A stretch of 64,000 bases of DNA from Glaucostegus cemiculus. Its lineage: Eukaryota. Location of the stretch: NCBI GenBank assembly GCA_976551045.1, contig CDPCPM010000052.1, positions 12,772,001 through 12,836,000 of the forward strand, in the 5' to 3' direction. A program made the translations under genes and the position numbers. The notes beneath the pieces are model-generated. The model was not told the DNA's origin, searched no databases, and saw only the letters and a program-made list of their open reading frames with translations. Positions within the stretch are counted from its first letter, which is position 1; each line of letters opens with the position of its first letter. Shown piece after piece: positions 26,401-37,610 of the stretch.

Positions 26401-27329
26401 CAGAACTTGGCCAAGAGACAGCAGAGGTAAGAAATAGGAAGAGGTTTGGATAGGTCCTCAGAGTGATCTCCAGAGGTTATGGGGCAGGATGAGAACCAAA
26501 TTCCAAGAGGATCCCTGGCTACACTATCTAGACAAGAATCAGAGCCTGATGTGCACAGTCCTACCCTGCTGGACATCGAAGGTGAGGCACTGCAAGCAGA
26601 TAGTTCGAGCAACCATGTCAGCTGTTGTAAATGAGCAATGCTTGAGGAGCTGTCAGCCTTGTTTCACACACAGATTCCCAACTGTTGTAACATAACATTT
26701 CATCGGACTCAATGCTGCAAGTCCTGGTGGTGACTGGCAACTAAATCCCAGTCACACTTTTGTTTCCTCCATCCTGAAGGAATGTTTGTGCCAGAAGGTT
26801 GCTGTGTTGGTTCCCATTGGAGTACCATGCTAGATAATGAACTATTTGTTTGCTGATTTTGCTCAGAATTATTTCCAGCTCTTTAACTCTGAGCTGGCGA
26901 CAGCAAATTAGTTGAGCAACAACACAGAGATGAGGAGCAGGAAGAGACTTTGGATAGGGCCTTGGCAGAGAATGCCAGAGGTTGTGGTACAAGGTGAAAA
27001 GGCACTTTCAGGGTTTTCTGTTCACGATTCTGTGCATCAGGCTCAGATTCCCAGAGTTAAACTACACCACCATTTCCCTGATTTGGAGTAGGCTTGTACA
27101 GGGATTTTAGGCTGGGTCTGTTCTGTTTGCACATTTAAGAGTTACCATTCAGGGCTACCATGTCCAGCTCACTGGTAGCTCCAGGATACAAACAATCAGG
27201 TTAAATTCTTCCTTATTAATCAACCATGACTGGCTACTTGCTGGTTACCAGTTACTGGAAAGAGTCTTGGAATCCCGGCTCTGGTCTATGACATCTGTAA
27301 CATGTCCAGCTGTAAATCCTACTACCAGG

Positions 27330-27750
27330 GGGTTAACCCCTTCACTCCTGTCACCCAAAGTTTAACTCTTTCAGTCTCACCACACATAATTAACCCTTCA
27401 CTCCCACTGTCTGTTTAACCCCTTCACTCATTTTGCATATCTTTGACCCCTATATTCTCACAGCCCACAGTTAGCTCCTCCATTCCCACCAATGAAGCAT
27501 AACCTCTTCACTTCCACTGCTTTGTTCCCACTGCTCATGCACAATCACTTCACTCATCCATAAGCAGGTTAAACCTTTCACTCCCACTGTTCACGTCTGG
27601 CCCCCCTTGTTCCTGCCATCACTCACCCCGGCCCCTTCACCCCTGCCACTTGCAGTGTAACCACTTCGACTGCACATGCACGTCCACCCCACACCTGCCA
27701 GCTGCAGATTAACCCTTCACACCTGCTGCTCAACTCTTTCACCCTGGCAC
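27330..27750. repeat. Degenerate tandem repeat with core TTAACCC(C)TTCACTCCCACTG
   Basis: About 12 recurrences of the TAACC..TTCAC core. Confidence 0.7.
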
Positions 27751-28199
27751 ATGATAGCTGCTGGTGGAACAACTTCATAGAACCCTCTGTGTCTGCACTG
27801 TAGAGACGGGTCCCATCTGTAGCAAGCTGTGGCATCCATGGGTTGATGTTACCAGCTGTCAACTGACTGCAGCAAGACCAGCTTCCCAGAACAGTGCAAA
27901 TAGCCCAGGGTGGGACAAGGGGCTGGGCATTTAGGCAAACCTGGCAACTGGGGAGTGGAACTGGGAGCAGAAGGAAGGTCCGGCTCCCCTCACCGTCCGA
28001 CCCTGTTGCATGCAAGCAGGCACTGGCGAGAGCTTTCCCACGGCATCACTTTGTCTTGATGACATTCAGGACTTCCGACAAACTAGTTTACTTAAAGACT
28101 GGGTCTCAGTCCTTTCAAAGTCCACAATCAAATCTTAAAGAAAACTTTGTATCAACAGAACAGCCTCCCCTCCACAACAACTAGCGACCCGCTGGGCAA

Positions 28200-30130
28200 G
28201 AATTCTTTTCTTCCCCAACATCAAACCACCCCCCCCCATCCCCACGTGTTACACATCCCGTGGGACAAAACCAGCGAAGCACCTCCCAGCCAGAAATCAG
28301 TCACTTCAGCTGGGCGGCAGGTCTGATCCGGGGAGGCCACAGCCGTTCGCTGCCGGGGGACACCAGCGCTCAGTAATCAGACGGCGCTCAGCGTCCCCCG
28401 GCCCTCGGACACCATCAGCACTTCGCTGGTCTCACCTTGGCTCTCTGAAACATGGTAAAAATCTACTATCCTGCCTCCATTTTGTCTTTGGGTGAAAAAA
28501 AAAAGGTTTAACAAAAACCAGCAAGTCCCACCCAACCTGCGAGATCCAGGATGGGACCAGGTTTGGAAGTTGCACATGAATTCATTCAAAGATGGAGGGA
28601 GCAAGTTGGGGGCTGACACTAGGTGGAGCGAACTCCTGCACAAAAAGTCTCAAAGAGCTCGCTGCTGCCCACCAGAAGTGTGGGGGACTGTCTAAATCTT
28701 TTTTTTTATCTCCACGGAAGCGCGACGCACAACCTCCCCAAATCAAAAGTTTTCCTTTTTTTATACCTATAAGGGGTGGAAAAGTTCTGTGTGAAGCGGT
28801 GACGGGCGCAGGCGGGGTGGGTTTGTCTGTCAGAAGGAGGACCCGGGGGAATCCGACACCCGTGCGCTTCTCTGAAAGGAATGCACTCGCTTTAAACAAA
28901 GTCATGTTTTCCAGTTTCGGGAGATCGGCGGAGGGAGAGGGAGAGGGAGGGGAAGGGGAGGGGGAAGGGAAGAGGGAAAATCATGCAGATGCAGAATGCT
29001 GCACTCAACAGTGTCAGTCCCAATCTCTCAACGCAAGGCGACGTTTTGCAAAAAAAAAGTGTTCCTTTAATACAAAAGTTTGCAGTCTCCGAGTACAATC
29101 GTCCCCACCACCGGGTTCCCAGTCCCCAGACCCCACTCACCAACACCAATCCCCCCCCACCACCAACTCGGGTTGAGAGTAAGAGCCGTAAGATTCTGCA
29201 CAGAGCAACACTTACCTGCACTGACACAAGTTGTTAATGAGAGGATAGCAATCTGCAGTGTTAGAATACAGTCCCAAAATCTCCTCTTCCATCTCCACCG
29301 ACTCCGATCATCCATCCTGAGCAGCTCCCGGCAACGGCTGATTTCCAAAAGAAACAAAAAAAAATTGCAAAATTGGGAATCGTCAAATTCAGTGATGGGG
29401 AAAATCTATGAAGCCATAAGAAGTTTTGTTTCTTTTATCTTTTGGTGTCTCAGCCCCGGGTCTCGCCGCCTCTCGCCTCCCTCAGCAATCTGCCTTCCCA
29501 GGACTGACAGAATCCTTGATCCTCTTCACACCGTTTCCTGGAGCTGAACAATTCTGCAAAAAAAAAGCAACAAAAAAAAAGATCTGGCGGGTAGGGAATG
29601 CTTCCCCCCCTCCCTCCCCACCCGCACCACCCCAACCCCCCCTCCCTCACTCACTGCCCACTCAATGGACTGACACCGCCCAGAAACAGCCCCTCCACTT
29701 ATTGGGCACGGGGGGACGGCTTTACAACAGAGATAGAGAACAGATGACTCCAACTTCAGACTTTGTTTCATTCCCCTTGTCCAACCGGAGTCAAGTTTGA
29801 AGCGGCAACTTTAAACTTTACACTAAGCCGCCGAGGTAAGGCAGCTGAACCACGGCATTTCCGAGCACGGATTCACGGTGCGGATCCCACAACACACCCC
29901 AGTCACAGGGTCCCCGGAACTAATTAAGCACGGAGCTCCAAAAACATAGCTCAACGACAGGGACCCACTCACACCTCGACCTCGGGGTCGCAGAAATTGG
30001 GACCCAAACACAAATAAACCACGGGGAGGTCCCAAAACACCCTCGGCAACGGGATCCCACACACACCCTATACTGGGAGTTCCAAACACAACATAAGCAC
30101 AGAGTCCCGAACGCAGATCAACTACGGGGC
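28200..30130 (-). promoter_or_regulatory. CpG-enriched promoter/5'UTR/proximal intron of the collagen gene
   Basis: Visibly higher CpG density than the flanks. Minus strand near 29665-29710 reads GCCCAATAAG (CCAAT box) then CTGGGCGGTG (GC box); no clear TATA. TSS not determinable from sequence. Confidence 0.7.
29216..29315 (-). CDS. COL11A2: Clade-B fibrillar collagen (alpha XI/V family, probably COL11A2), coding exon 1: signal peptide MDDRSRWRWKRRFWDCILTLQIAILSLTTCVSA + 1 nt
   Basis: ATG at 29315, 100 nt, ends GCAG|GTAAGT (phase-1 donor). Basic N-region plus hydrophobic core; resembles the COL11A1 leader (SRWKTKRWLWD). Splices in frame to exon 2. Family is confident, paralog is not. Confidence 0.88.
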
Positions 30131-31140
30131 CCCAAAATTCACTTCAACCATGGAGGTGGGGGAGGGGCAAGTCCACCCCCACTCTACCACCTTGTCCCCC
30201 CCCCCCCCGGACTCCAAACGCAACCTAGTCCCAGCGTCCCAAAGGCAAAAGTTGGACTGTGTTTTGGGAACCATAGGGGGTCCCAAATCAAAACCCAACC
30301 ATGGGGTGCCAAACATCACCTGAGACCTGGGTCCCAAACTCAAATCAGCCACAGTATTCCAAGCACAACCCAATAGTGTTCCAAATACCGCGTCCCAAAC
30401 ACAAATCAGCTACACAGTCCCAAAAGCAAAGGTTGGCTGGTGTTTTGGGAACCATGGGAGTCCCAAATCACAACCCAACCATAGGGTGCTAAAGTCAACC
30501 CAACAACCAAGTCGCAAGCACACCCCATCCCACTGGCTTACAAATAAGAAATCAACTATTGGGTCCTAAACACAACCCAATCACAGGGTCCCTAATATAC
30601 CCCATACTGCAGGGTCCCAAGTACAACACACTACAGGTTCCCAAATTAAACCCAACCACAGAATCACAATCCATCCACAGTGTCTCAAACACATCCTATC
30701 GCAGGATCCCAAATAAAAGATCAACCACTGGGTCCCACATGCAGCCCAACCACTGGATCCCCAAGATCACCTGTACCGCATTGTCCTAAACACAACCCAA
30801 CCATAGGATCCCAAAGACAGCTCAGTCATCAGGTCCCACATACAGTATCCCAAAACACAACTCAGCCACAGGGTCTCCAGAACAACCCAGCCACAGGGTT
30901 CCAACAAAAAGGTTCAAAACAAATTCACCACAAGGTCCCAAACATATCTCAACCTCAGGATACCACATACAAGGATCTAACAACAGGGCCCCAAATCGCT
31001 ATTCAACAACTGGGTCCCGCAACACAATCTGTTAACCAAGCCCTGAACAACAATCAACCACAGGGTGCCTAACATATCCCATGCCGCAGATTCAAAATCA
31101 GAACCCAATGAAAGGGACTCAAAACTCACCCCATCAGCAG
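29880..31140. repeat. Degenerate ~25-bp tandem repeat (GGGTCCCAAACACAACCCAACCACA) directly upstream of the promoter
   Basis: Dozens of GGTCCCAA/ACACAAC recurrences. Confidence 0.8.
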
Positions 31141-32641
31141 GGTGGCAGGAGCAGTCCAGCTATGGAGTCCCTCTCACATCTTTGTCTATCTGTCCATATC
31201 CATCTTGCCTTTGTGTCTGCTCATCTTTTTTCCTATTTCATACTCTCTTTCTATTCCTATTTTATCCTCAGTGGCAGTGTCTGATGGATTTACTCTTTCT
31301 GTTTCTAGTTGTTCAGTTTTGTGTTTGTCTGATGGTCTCTGTCTGCCTTCTATCTCCAAGTCTGCCCATCCTTCTCTTGCAAACTCCTGCTGTTTCAGCA
31401 CTTTTCCTGGCTTTTAGGATTGCTGGGAATCTAAGAGCTGGAGCCGAGGTTCTCCTCCCTGTCCTTGTTAAAATCATGACTTCAAATGCTGATGAAGGAG
31501 AGGTGCAGAGGATGGGTGGAAACAGGTGGAGGAGATAAACATAGAAAGGTGGGACTAGGAAGGAAAGTGGAGGATAGGGCAACAGGATAGTGAAGGAGGC
31601 TGGGGAAGGTGGAGAGTGTAGGGCCAGTGCAGGATGTAGGAGAGAGGGGACAGGGGAGGGGGACGGGGGAGGGTGGGGTGATGCTAAGATAGAATGGGTA
31701 AGTGGACTGCCTGAATGACACTGTTCACATTCTTGCACACAGCTGAGAGTTCCATAATGCAGCTATTCCATTCTGTCCTCAGCTTTTCTCAATTCCAAAC
31801 CCCAACCCCTCGCCATCATTCTGAACTCTTCTGTCTCTCGATCTGATCAACATCACTACATGCAGTGCTCTCTCATCTTCCTCACCTAATCTTCAAATAA
31901 TCCATCCCACACCATTGTCACCTGCTCTGGCTGAAGTACTGCTGTAACTCAGTATCACACTTGCTTCCAAGGCAGAGGGTTAAGGGCTCTCTTCCCACTC
32001 CAGAGATTTCATCTTGTGATCCAAACTGATTCCCTCACTTCAATGTGATACATTCACTGTAAATCTCACCAATGTGTTTGTCATACTTTGCAGGAGCCCC
32101 TCCAAGAGCAATCGGGGGGAGGGGGGTGGTGAGGGCTGATAATATGTTCCAACCTTCAACCTCAGCACTGGTCATCAACAGCCCAAGAAAATCAATGACT
32201 TCAACTATGACAAGCAAATAAATACACCTTGAGTATAACCTCCTATTCTTCCCTGTACATCCGCATGATCGTCAACCAACACTTGTACAACTAGCCCTTC
32301 ACAGTGCATATTGGTGACAGAGGTCACTATCAGGTATCTACATTTCAACAACTAAATTCAAAACATGAAAATCCTCCTCCCTTCATCCATTCTCCAACTC
32401 TCCTTTGCAACTTCACACATAATCCTTAGCTGCCAGTTATTCTTTTACAATTGCAGGAGAAAATGTACACAAAGCTGAGCAGAAGCAAGTCAGCAGAGGA
32501 GAAAAATGCCTTGAACAAAGAAAAGAATGCTTGCATTTCATCAGTAAATATCTTTTACAAAGCTGTTTTAAAGTAGTGGAATATCCCAAGGCTTTTCAAA
32601 GGAGGGAATATTAAACAAAATTTAACATGTAGAGGCAAAGA

Positions 32642-32926
32642 NNNNNNNNNNNNNNNNNNNNNNNNNNNNNNNNNNNNNNNNNNNNNNNNNNNNNNNNNNN
32701 NNNNNNNNNNNNNNNNNNNNNNNNNNNNNNNNNNNNNNNNNNNNNNNNNNNNNNNNNNNNNNNNNNNNNNNNNNNNNNNNNNNNNNNNNNNNNNNNNNNN
32801 NNNNNNNNNNNNNNNNNNNNNNNNNNNNNNNNNNNNNNNNNNNNNNNNNNNNNNNNNNNNNNNNNNNNNNNNNNNNNNNNNNNNNNNNNNNNNNNNNNNN
32901 NNNNNNNNNNNNNNNNNNNNNNNNNN
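32642..32926. other. Assembly gap (285 N)
   Basis: Run of N. Confidence 1.
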
Positions 32927-33240
32927 AGAGAGGGCGCGAGAATGAGAGAGAGAGGGCGCGAGAATGAGAGAGAGAGGGCGCGAGAATGAGAGAGAGAGGG
33001 CGCGAGAATGAGAGAGAGAGGGCGCGAGAATGAGAGAGAGAGGGCGCGAGAATGAGAGAGAGAGGGCGCGAGAATGAGAGAGAGGGCGCGAGAATGAGAG
33101 AGAGGGCGCGAGAATGAGAGAGAGAGAGAATGAGAGAGAAAGAGGGAATGAGAGAGAAAGAGGGAATGAGAGAGAAAGAGGGAATGAGAGAGAAAGAGAG
33201 AATGAGAGAGAAAGAGAGAATGAGAGAATGAGAGAGAAGC
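32927..33240. repeat. GA-rich compound micro/minisatellite (GAGAGAGGGCGCGAGAATGA-type units)
   Basis: Direct tandem units abutting the gap. Confidence 0.95.
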
Positions 33241-33899
33241 AGAGATGTTTAGAAATTCCAAAGTTAAGGGCTCAGACAGCTGAAGTAATGGCCATGAACG
33301 GAGTAATTATGCACGTTAAGAGGTCAACATTGGAGCAATGAATATCTATCAGATGCCTCCAGAGTGGGAGGCAGGAAGAGATAGGTAAGTCAGAATCATT
33401 AAGGGATCCTAAAGTAAAGATAGGAGCTTTTAAAACGGAGCTGCTGCAGGTACCACATTGGTTAGATACTGAGAAGACCTCCCCGTGAACCATCCTATCA
33501 GACAGTCACAAAGCAGGTTTGTCATAGGATAGGTAGTAGAGTAGATACACTGTCCCATCATTCCCAGGGTAAAAAGAACATGAATTAGATACAGAATAAA
33601 GTTCACTCTATACTGTGTCAAACACGGTATAGATATCAGAACAGCGAGTTACAAGGTAAAGTTTATGTTCCCTTTTCAAGATTAGCACTGAAGTTTGAGT
33701 GAGGATATTTCATTTTGAAGTTTCATTCTTTCCTGTGTTTTCTTGCTAATAACCTTTCCTATTTTTTACTATTTAATATGGAATATAATGGAGTTGATTT
33801 TCAGCTGTCGTATAGGTGGTTCAGAAGGAAACAGTCAGACAACTTCTGGTGGTTGGGGTGTTGTGAATGAGTCTGTGGGATAAATATGTTCTGTACTAC

Positions 33900-34575
33900 A
33901 AAGGAAAATTGGTGCTCTGCTTAATGGCATGCAATATAATGTAATGGATATTCAACAGACTGGTGTACAATAGGGGTAATGCACATAGTTTGTATAACAG
34001 GCTCTGTATCCTGAATGGGTAAGTGTATAGTGGTCAGCGCACAATAAATGAATGTATAGTGGGTGAGTTTATAACATGGGTGTATAATCACAGATGTAAA
34101 ATGGAGGCAAAGGATGTATAATAGATTGATTATACAGGGTGGATTGTGCAAGAGAAAGGTTGAATAAAAGGTAGTGTGCAACAGGTGGATGTATGATGGA
34201 TGAGTTGTACAGTCAGTGGGTGTTTATAACATGCACAAAGTGATATACTTAGGACAGGGTGTTTAATGGGTGGCTGTTTTATGGATGGCTGTTCAACAGG
34301 TGGGTCAGAAAAGGTTTGCTATGGGTGTTTAAAAGGCTATGTGTCCAACAGACATCATATTAATCAGTATACAACAGGAGAACATAAATTGGTCAGGGTG
34401 TTTGATTGGATGTGTGTATAACATGCCGTAAGTTATATAATGTGCAGATATATAATGGAAGGAAAAATAGATGAATATATAACAAGGTCAGCGTGTATGA
34501 CAGGTCTCTAATGGGCAGTGAATAATGAATAGGCAAACTGAATGAATGTATAATTGGGTGGCAATATTAATGGTT
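33900..34575. repeat. Highly degenerate short-period repeat (TGGGTG..TATAA motifs)
   Basis: Recurrent GGTGTATAA/TGTACAA-like words. Confidence 0.5.
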
Positions 34576-34869
34576 GTATATTAGTGAACATGTCAAACCA
34601 AATGCACCAAAGATGTTCAAAGATCAATTCTCCAACTTCACCGAGCAGCAACGTGTAAGGCAACTGTGTTTCACTCAAGATTTCTCTGAAATCTGCCAAC
34701 TGTTCCAGTACCAACAGCAACCTCCGAACAGAGCAAGGGACACAGTGCTATTAACGGTTTAAACAATCTTCCCCCTTCTTGCACTGGAACCTGGCATCCA
34801 TGCAACAATACAGAAAATTGTCTTGAAATGTTCTGACCACAAATACCAAGTCAAATCCAAACTGGCTAA

Positions 34870-36365
34870 TTACCACCTCAATCATCGGCTAAGTGATGGA
34901 AGATGTCAAGGACAGTGCCACCAGGCGGCACATGCTCATGGATGGCCTGCTCACCCATGCCCAGTTTGGGTTTCCCCAGGACCACTCTTCCCCAGACCTC
35001 ACTTCAGCCTTGATCCAAACATGAACTAAGTAGCTAAAACCCAGAGGTGAGAGTGCCTGCTTTTGATGTTGAGGCAATATTTAAACAAATTGGCACTGGG
35101 GAGCCCTGGACAAATGGAGGTAGATGGAATCAAAGGAAGACACTCCAATGACTGAAGTAATAACATAACCAAAGAGAGATAGTTGTGGTTGTTGGAGGTT
35201 AATGATCCCAGCCCCAGGATGAGCACCTGTCCTAGGTCAGCTTAGTCACCAAACTTTTTTCCAGAAGTGGGAATGTTTGCCTTTGATTATACAAGGTTCA
35301 ACTCCATCTTCAACTTCTCAGCAAGTGAAGCAAGCCATGCTTGTCACAATGTTGATTGAAGAGCAAGCTCGCAGAGAACCCAAATGCAGCACACTGGTAC
35401 AAGACTGGAGTCAGGATGCTTCCTCAGGACCAAACACAGGCAGTAGCTGGAAGGAAATCTTGCCTCAGAGGTCTGAGTAGTAATCCCAACACAAACTGAA
35501 TCTTCAAGCAGGAATAGAGAACACAGCACTGCTCTGGAGTAGACCACTCTAAGCAGCTAGGAGCCAAAGTATACCCAAAGGTTGACCAATTCTCTGGCAA
35601 CTAGTGCTAGAGAAACCCAGGTACTCATGCTAGGCCCCTGATGGGGCTCAGGTGTGTGTCATTGTGCAATCAGTCCAGCATGGGATCCATGTGCTGTACA
35701 ACAAGGCATCCAGGGAACCAAATCAAGGGCCAGTCCTCAGAATCATGACAATGCTTGTATAGCATTCAGACATGGCTGATAACTGGCAAGTAATATTTGC
35801 ACCAAAAACTGCCAGGCAATGAGCATCTCCTACAAGAGAGAGTCCAACACCACATATTACCATCACTGAGCCCTCCCCCACTCCCTCAGCCTCAACGTTC
35901 TGGGGATCACCATTGACTGGAAACACAATGGGATCAGCCACATAAATACTCTGGCTACAAGAGCAGTCTGGGTATCCTGTGGGTAACCCCTGATGCCACA
36001 AAGCCTTTCTTCCACAAGACACAAGTCAGGAACGCTATGGAATACTTGGATAACTGCAGATCCAACAAGTCTCAACAAGCTCAACAACATCCAAATGACC
36101 CTTTTGATTGGTATCCCATCCAACACATCTCCATCATAGTGGTTGCAGTGTGTACCATCCACAAAATGCATCGCAGTTACTTGCCTAGGTTACTGCAATA
36201 GCATCTCCCAAACTGGCAAACTCAACCACCAGGAAGGACAAGGGCACCAGGCACATGGGGACACAACCAACTGTAAGTCCCCCTATGACTGTTGCACACC
36301 ATCTTGACATGGAAATATATTGCTAGTCCTTCATCATCGCTGGGTCTAAATCATGGAACTTGTCC
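34870..36365 (+). mobile_element. Decayed non-LTR retrotransposon (CR1/L2-group RT and 3' end)
   Basis: CAGTTTGGGTTTCCCCAGGACCACTC (QFGF..GHS) and GCTTTTGATGTTGAGGCAATATTT (ALD.K.AF-like). Confidence 0.65.
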
Positions 36366-36499
36366 CTATCTCATTGCAATTCAGTGAAAACAACTGCTTC
36401 CAATTCCCTATTTTGCCATTGTTAATAGTTTATCTTGCTTTAATGCAATGCTAACTTTATATTTGAAATTTACAACTGTATCATTTATAACTAAAAATG

Positions 36500-37181
36500 G
36501 GTAGCACTGAGGGAGTGCCGCACTGTCAGAAGGGCAGTACCAAGGGAGTGCCACACTGTCAGAGGGGCAGTACCGAGGGAGTGCCGCACTGTCAGAGGGG
36601 CAGTACTGAGGGAGTGCCGCACTGTCAGAGGGGCAGTACTGAGGGAGTGCTGCACCGTCAGAGGGGCAGTACCAAGGGAGTGCCACACTGTCAGAGGGGC
36701 AGTACTCAGGGAGTGCTGCACTGTCAGAGGGGCAGTACCAAGGGAGTGCCACACTGTCAGAGGGGCAGTACTCAGGGAGTGCTGCACTGTCAGAGGGGCA
36801 GTACTGAGGGAGTGCCACACTGTCAGAGGGGCAGTACCGAGGGAGTGCCGCACTGTCAGAGGGGCAGTACCAAGGGAGTGCCACACTGTCAGAGGGGCAG
36901 TACTCAGGGAGTGCTGCACTGTCAGAGGGGCAGTACCGAGGGAGTGCTGCACTGTCAGAGGGGCAGTACCGAGGGAGTGCTGCACTGTCAGAGGGGCAGT
37001 ACCGAGGGAGTGCTGCACCGTCAGAGGGGCAGTACTGAGGGAGTGCCGCACCGTCAGAGGGGCAGTACTGAGGGAGTGCTGCACTGTCAGAGGGGCAGTA
37101 CTGAGGGAGTGCCGCACCGTCAGAGGGGCAGTACCGAGGGAGTGCTGCACCGTCAGAGGGGCAGTACTGAGGGAGTGCTGC
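36500..37181. repeat. 33-bp minisatellite (GTACTGAGGGAGTGCTGCACTGTCAGAGGGGCA), ~20-21 copies
   Basis: Near-perfect tandem array; 11-aa periodic ORFs on both strands. Confidence 0.95.
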
Positions 37182-37356
37182 GCTCTCCTAGGTGCAGTCT
37201 TTTGAATTATCTCACAAAAAGATTAAAAAAGCAGGGTATAAGATTCCTCCCTCAACTAACTTCACCAGAGGAAAAAATCTGGTGATCATCTTATTGCTTC
37301 TTCTGTAAGCTTGCTAATCATGAATTTACTCACGTATTCTCTTCATTGCAACAGTA
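37182..37356 (+). mobile_element. Deu-domain SINE (SacSINE1-like) remnant following the minisatellite
   Basis: GGTGCAGTCTTTTG...TCCCTCAACTAACTTCAC...TCTGGTGATCATCTTATTGCT...CATTGCAACAGT is colinear with the 55230-55620 copy. Confidence 0.55.
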
Positions 37357-37469
37357 TGTTCTTCTCTCTATTTTCAGTCTCTTAGCCAAATTTGTGTTCA
37401 CAGTACCAATGTCACTTCAATCCTGTGGGTTTTTAATCACTCACTAATTTAGTTTGTTTTTGGTATTTT

Positions 37470-37610
37470 CCTCACAGCTCCAGGATTGGGTTTGATCCTG
37501 ACCTCAGCTGCTGTCTGTGTGGTGTTTGCAAGCTCTCCGTGTGATTGCTTGGGTTTTCCAGAAATTCACAGTTTCCCACATCCCAGATACTAAAAATGAC
37601 TGTGAACTTT
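37470..37610 (+). mobile_element. HE1/V-SINE fragment
   Basis: GGGTTTGATCCTGACCTC...GTCTGTGTGGTGTTTGCA...CCCACATCCCAGA. Confidence 0.65.

Larger units (their letters stand above)
2188..29215 (-). other. Intron 1 of the collagen gene (27,028 nt, GT-AG)
   Basis: Bounded by the two splice sites; G+TG restores a Val codon and an open frame across the junction. Confidence 0.85.

Noticed and set aside
28592-29800. Plus-strand ORFs of 124-194 aa over the promoter
   Set aside because: GC-rich, low-complexity, antisense to the collagen exon; no recognisable domain.
31065-31738. Hydrophobic 157-aa ORF resembling a membrane protein
   Set aside because: Arises from pyrimidine-rich low-complexity or old repeat sequence; non-ATG start and no domain.
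32611-33341. Ser/Leu-rich and Arg/Glu-rich ORFs
   Set aside because: GA microsatellite plus N gap.
36408-37285. 158-262 aa ORFs, and a CRISPR-like look of the array
   Set aside because: Head-to-tail tandem units with no unique spacers, no cas genes, in a eukaryotic genome.
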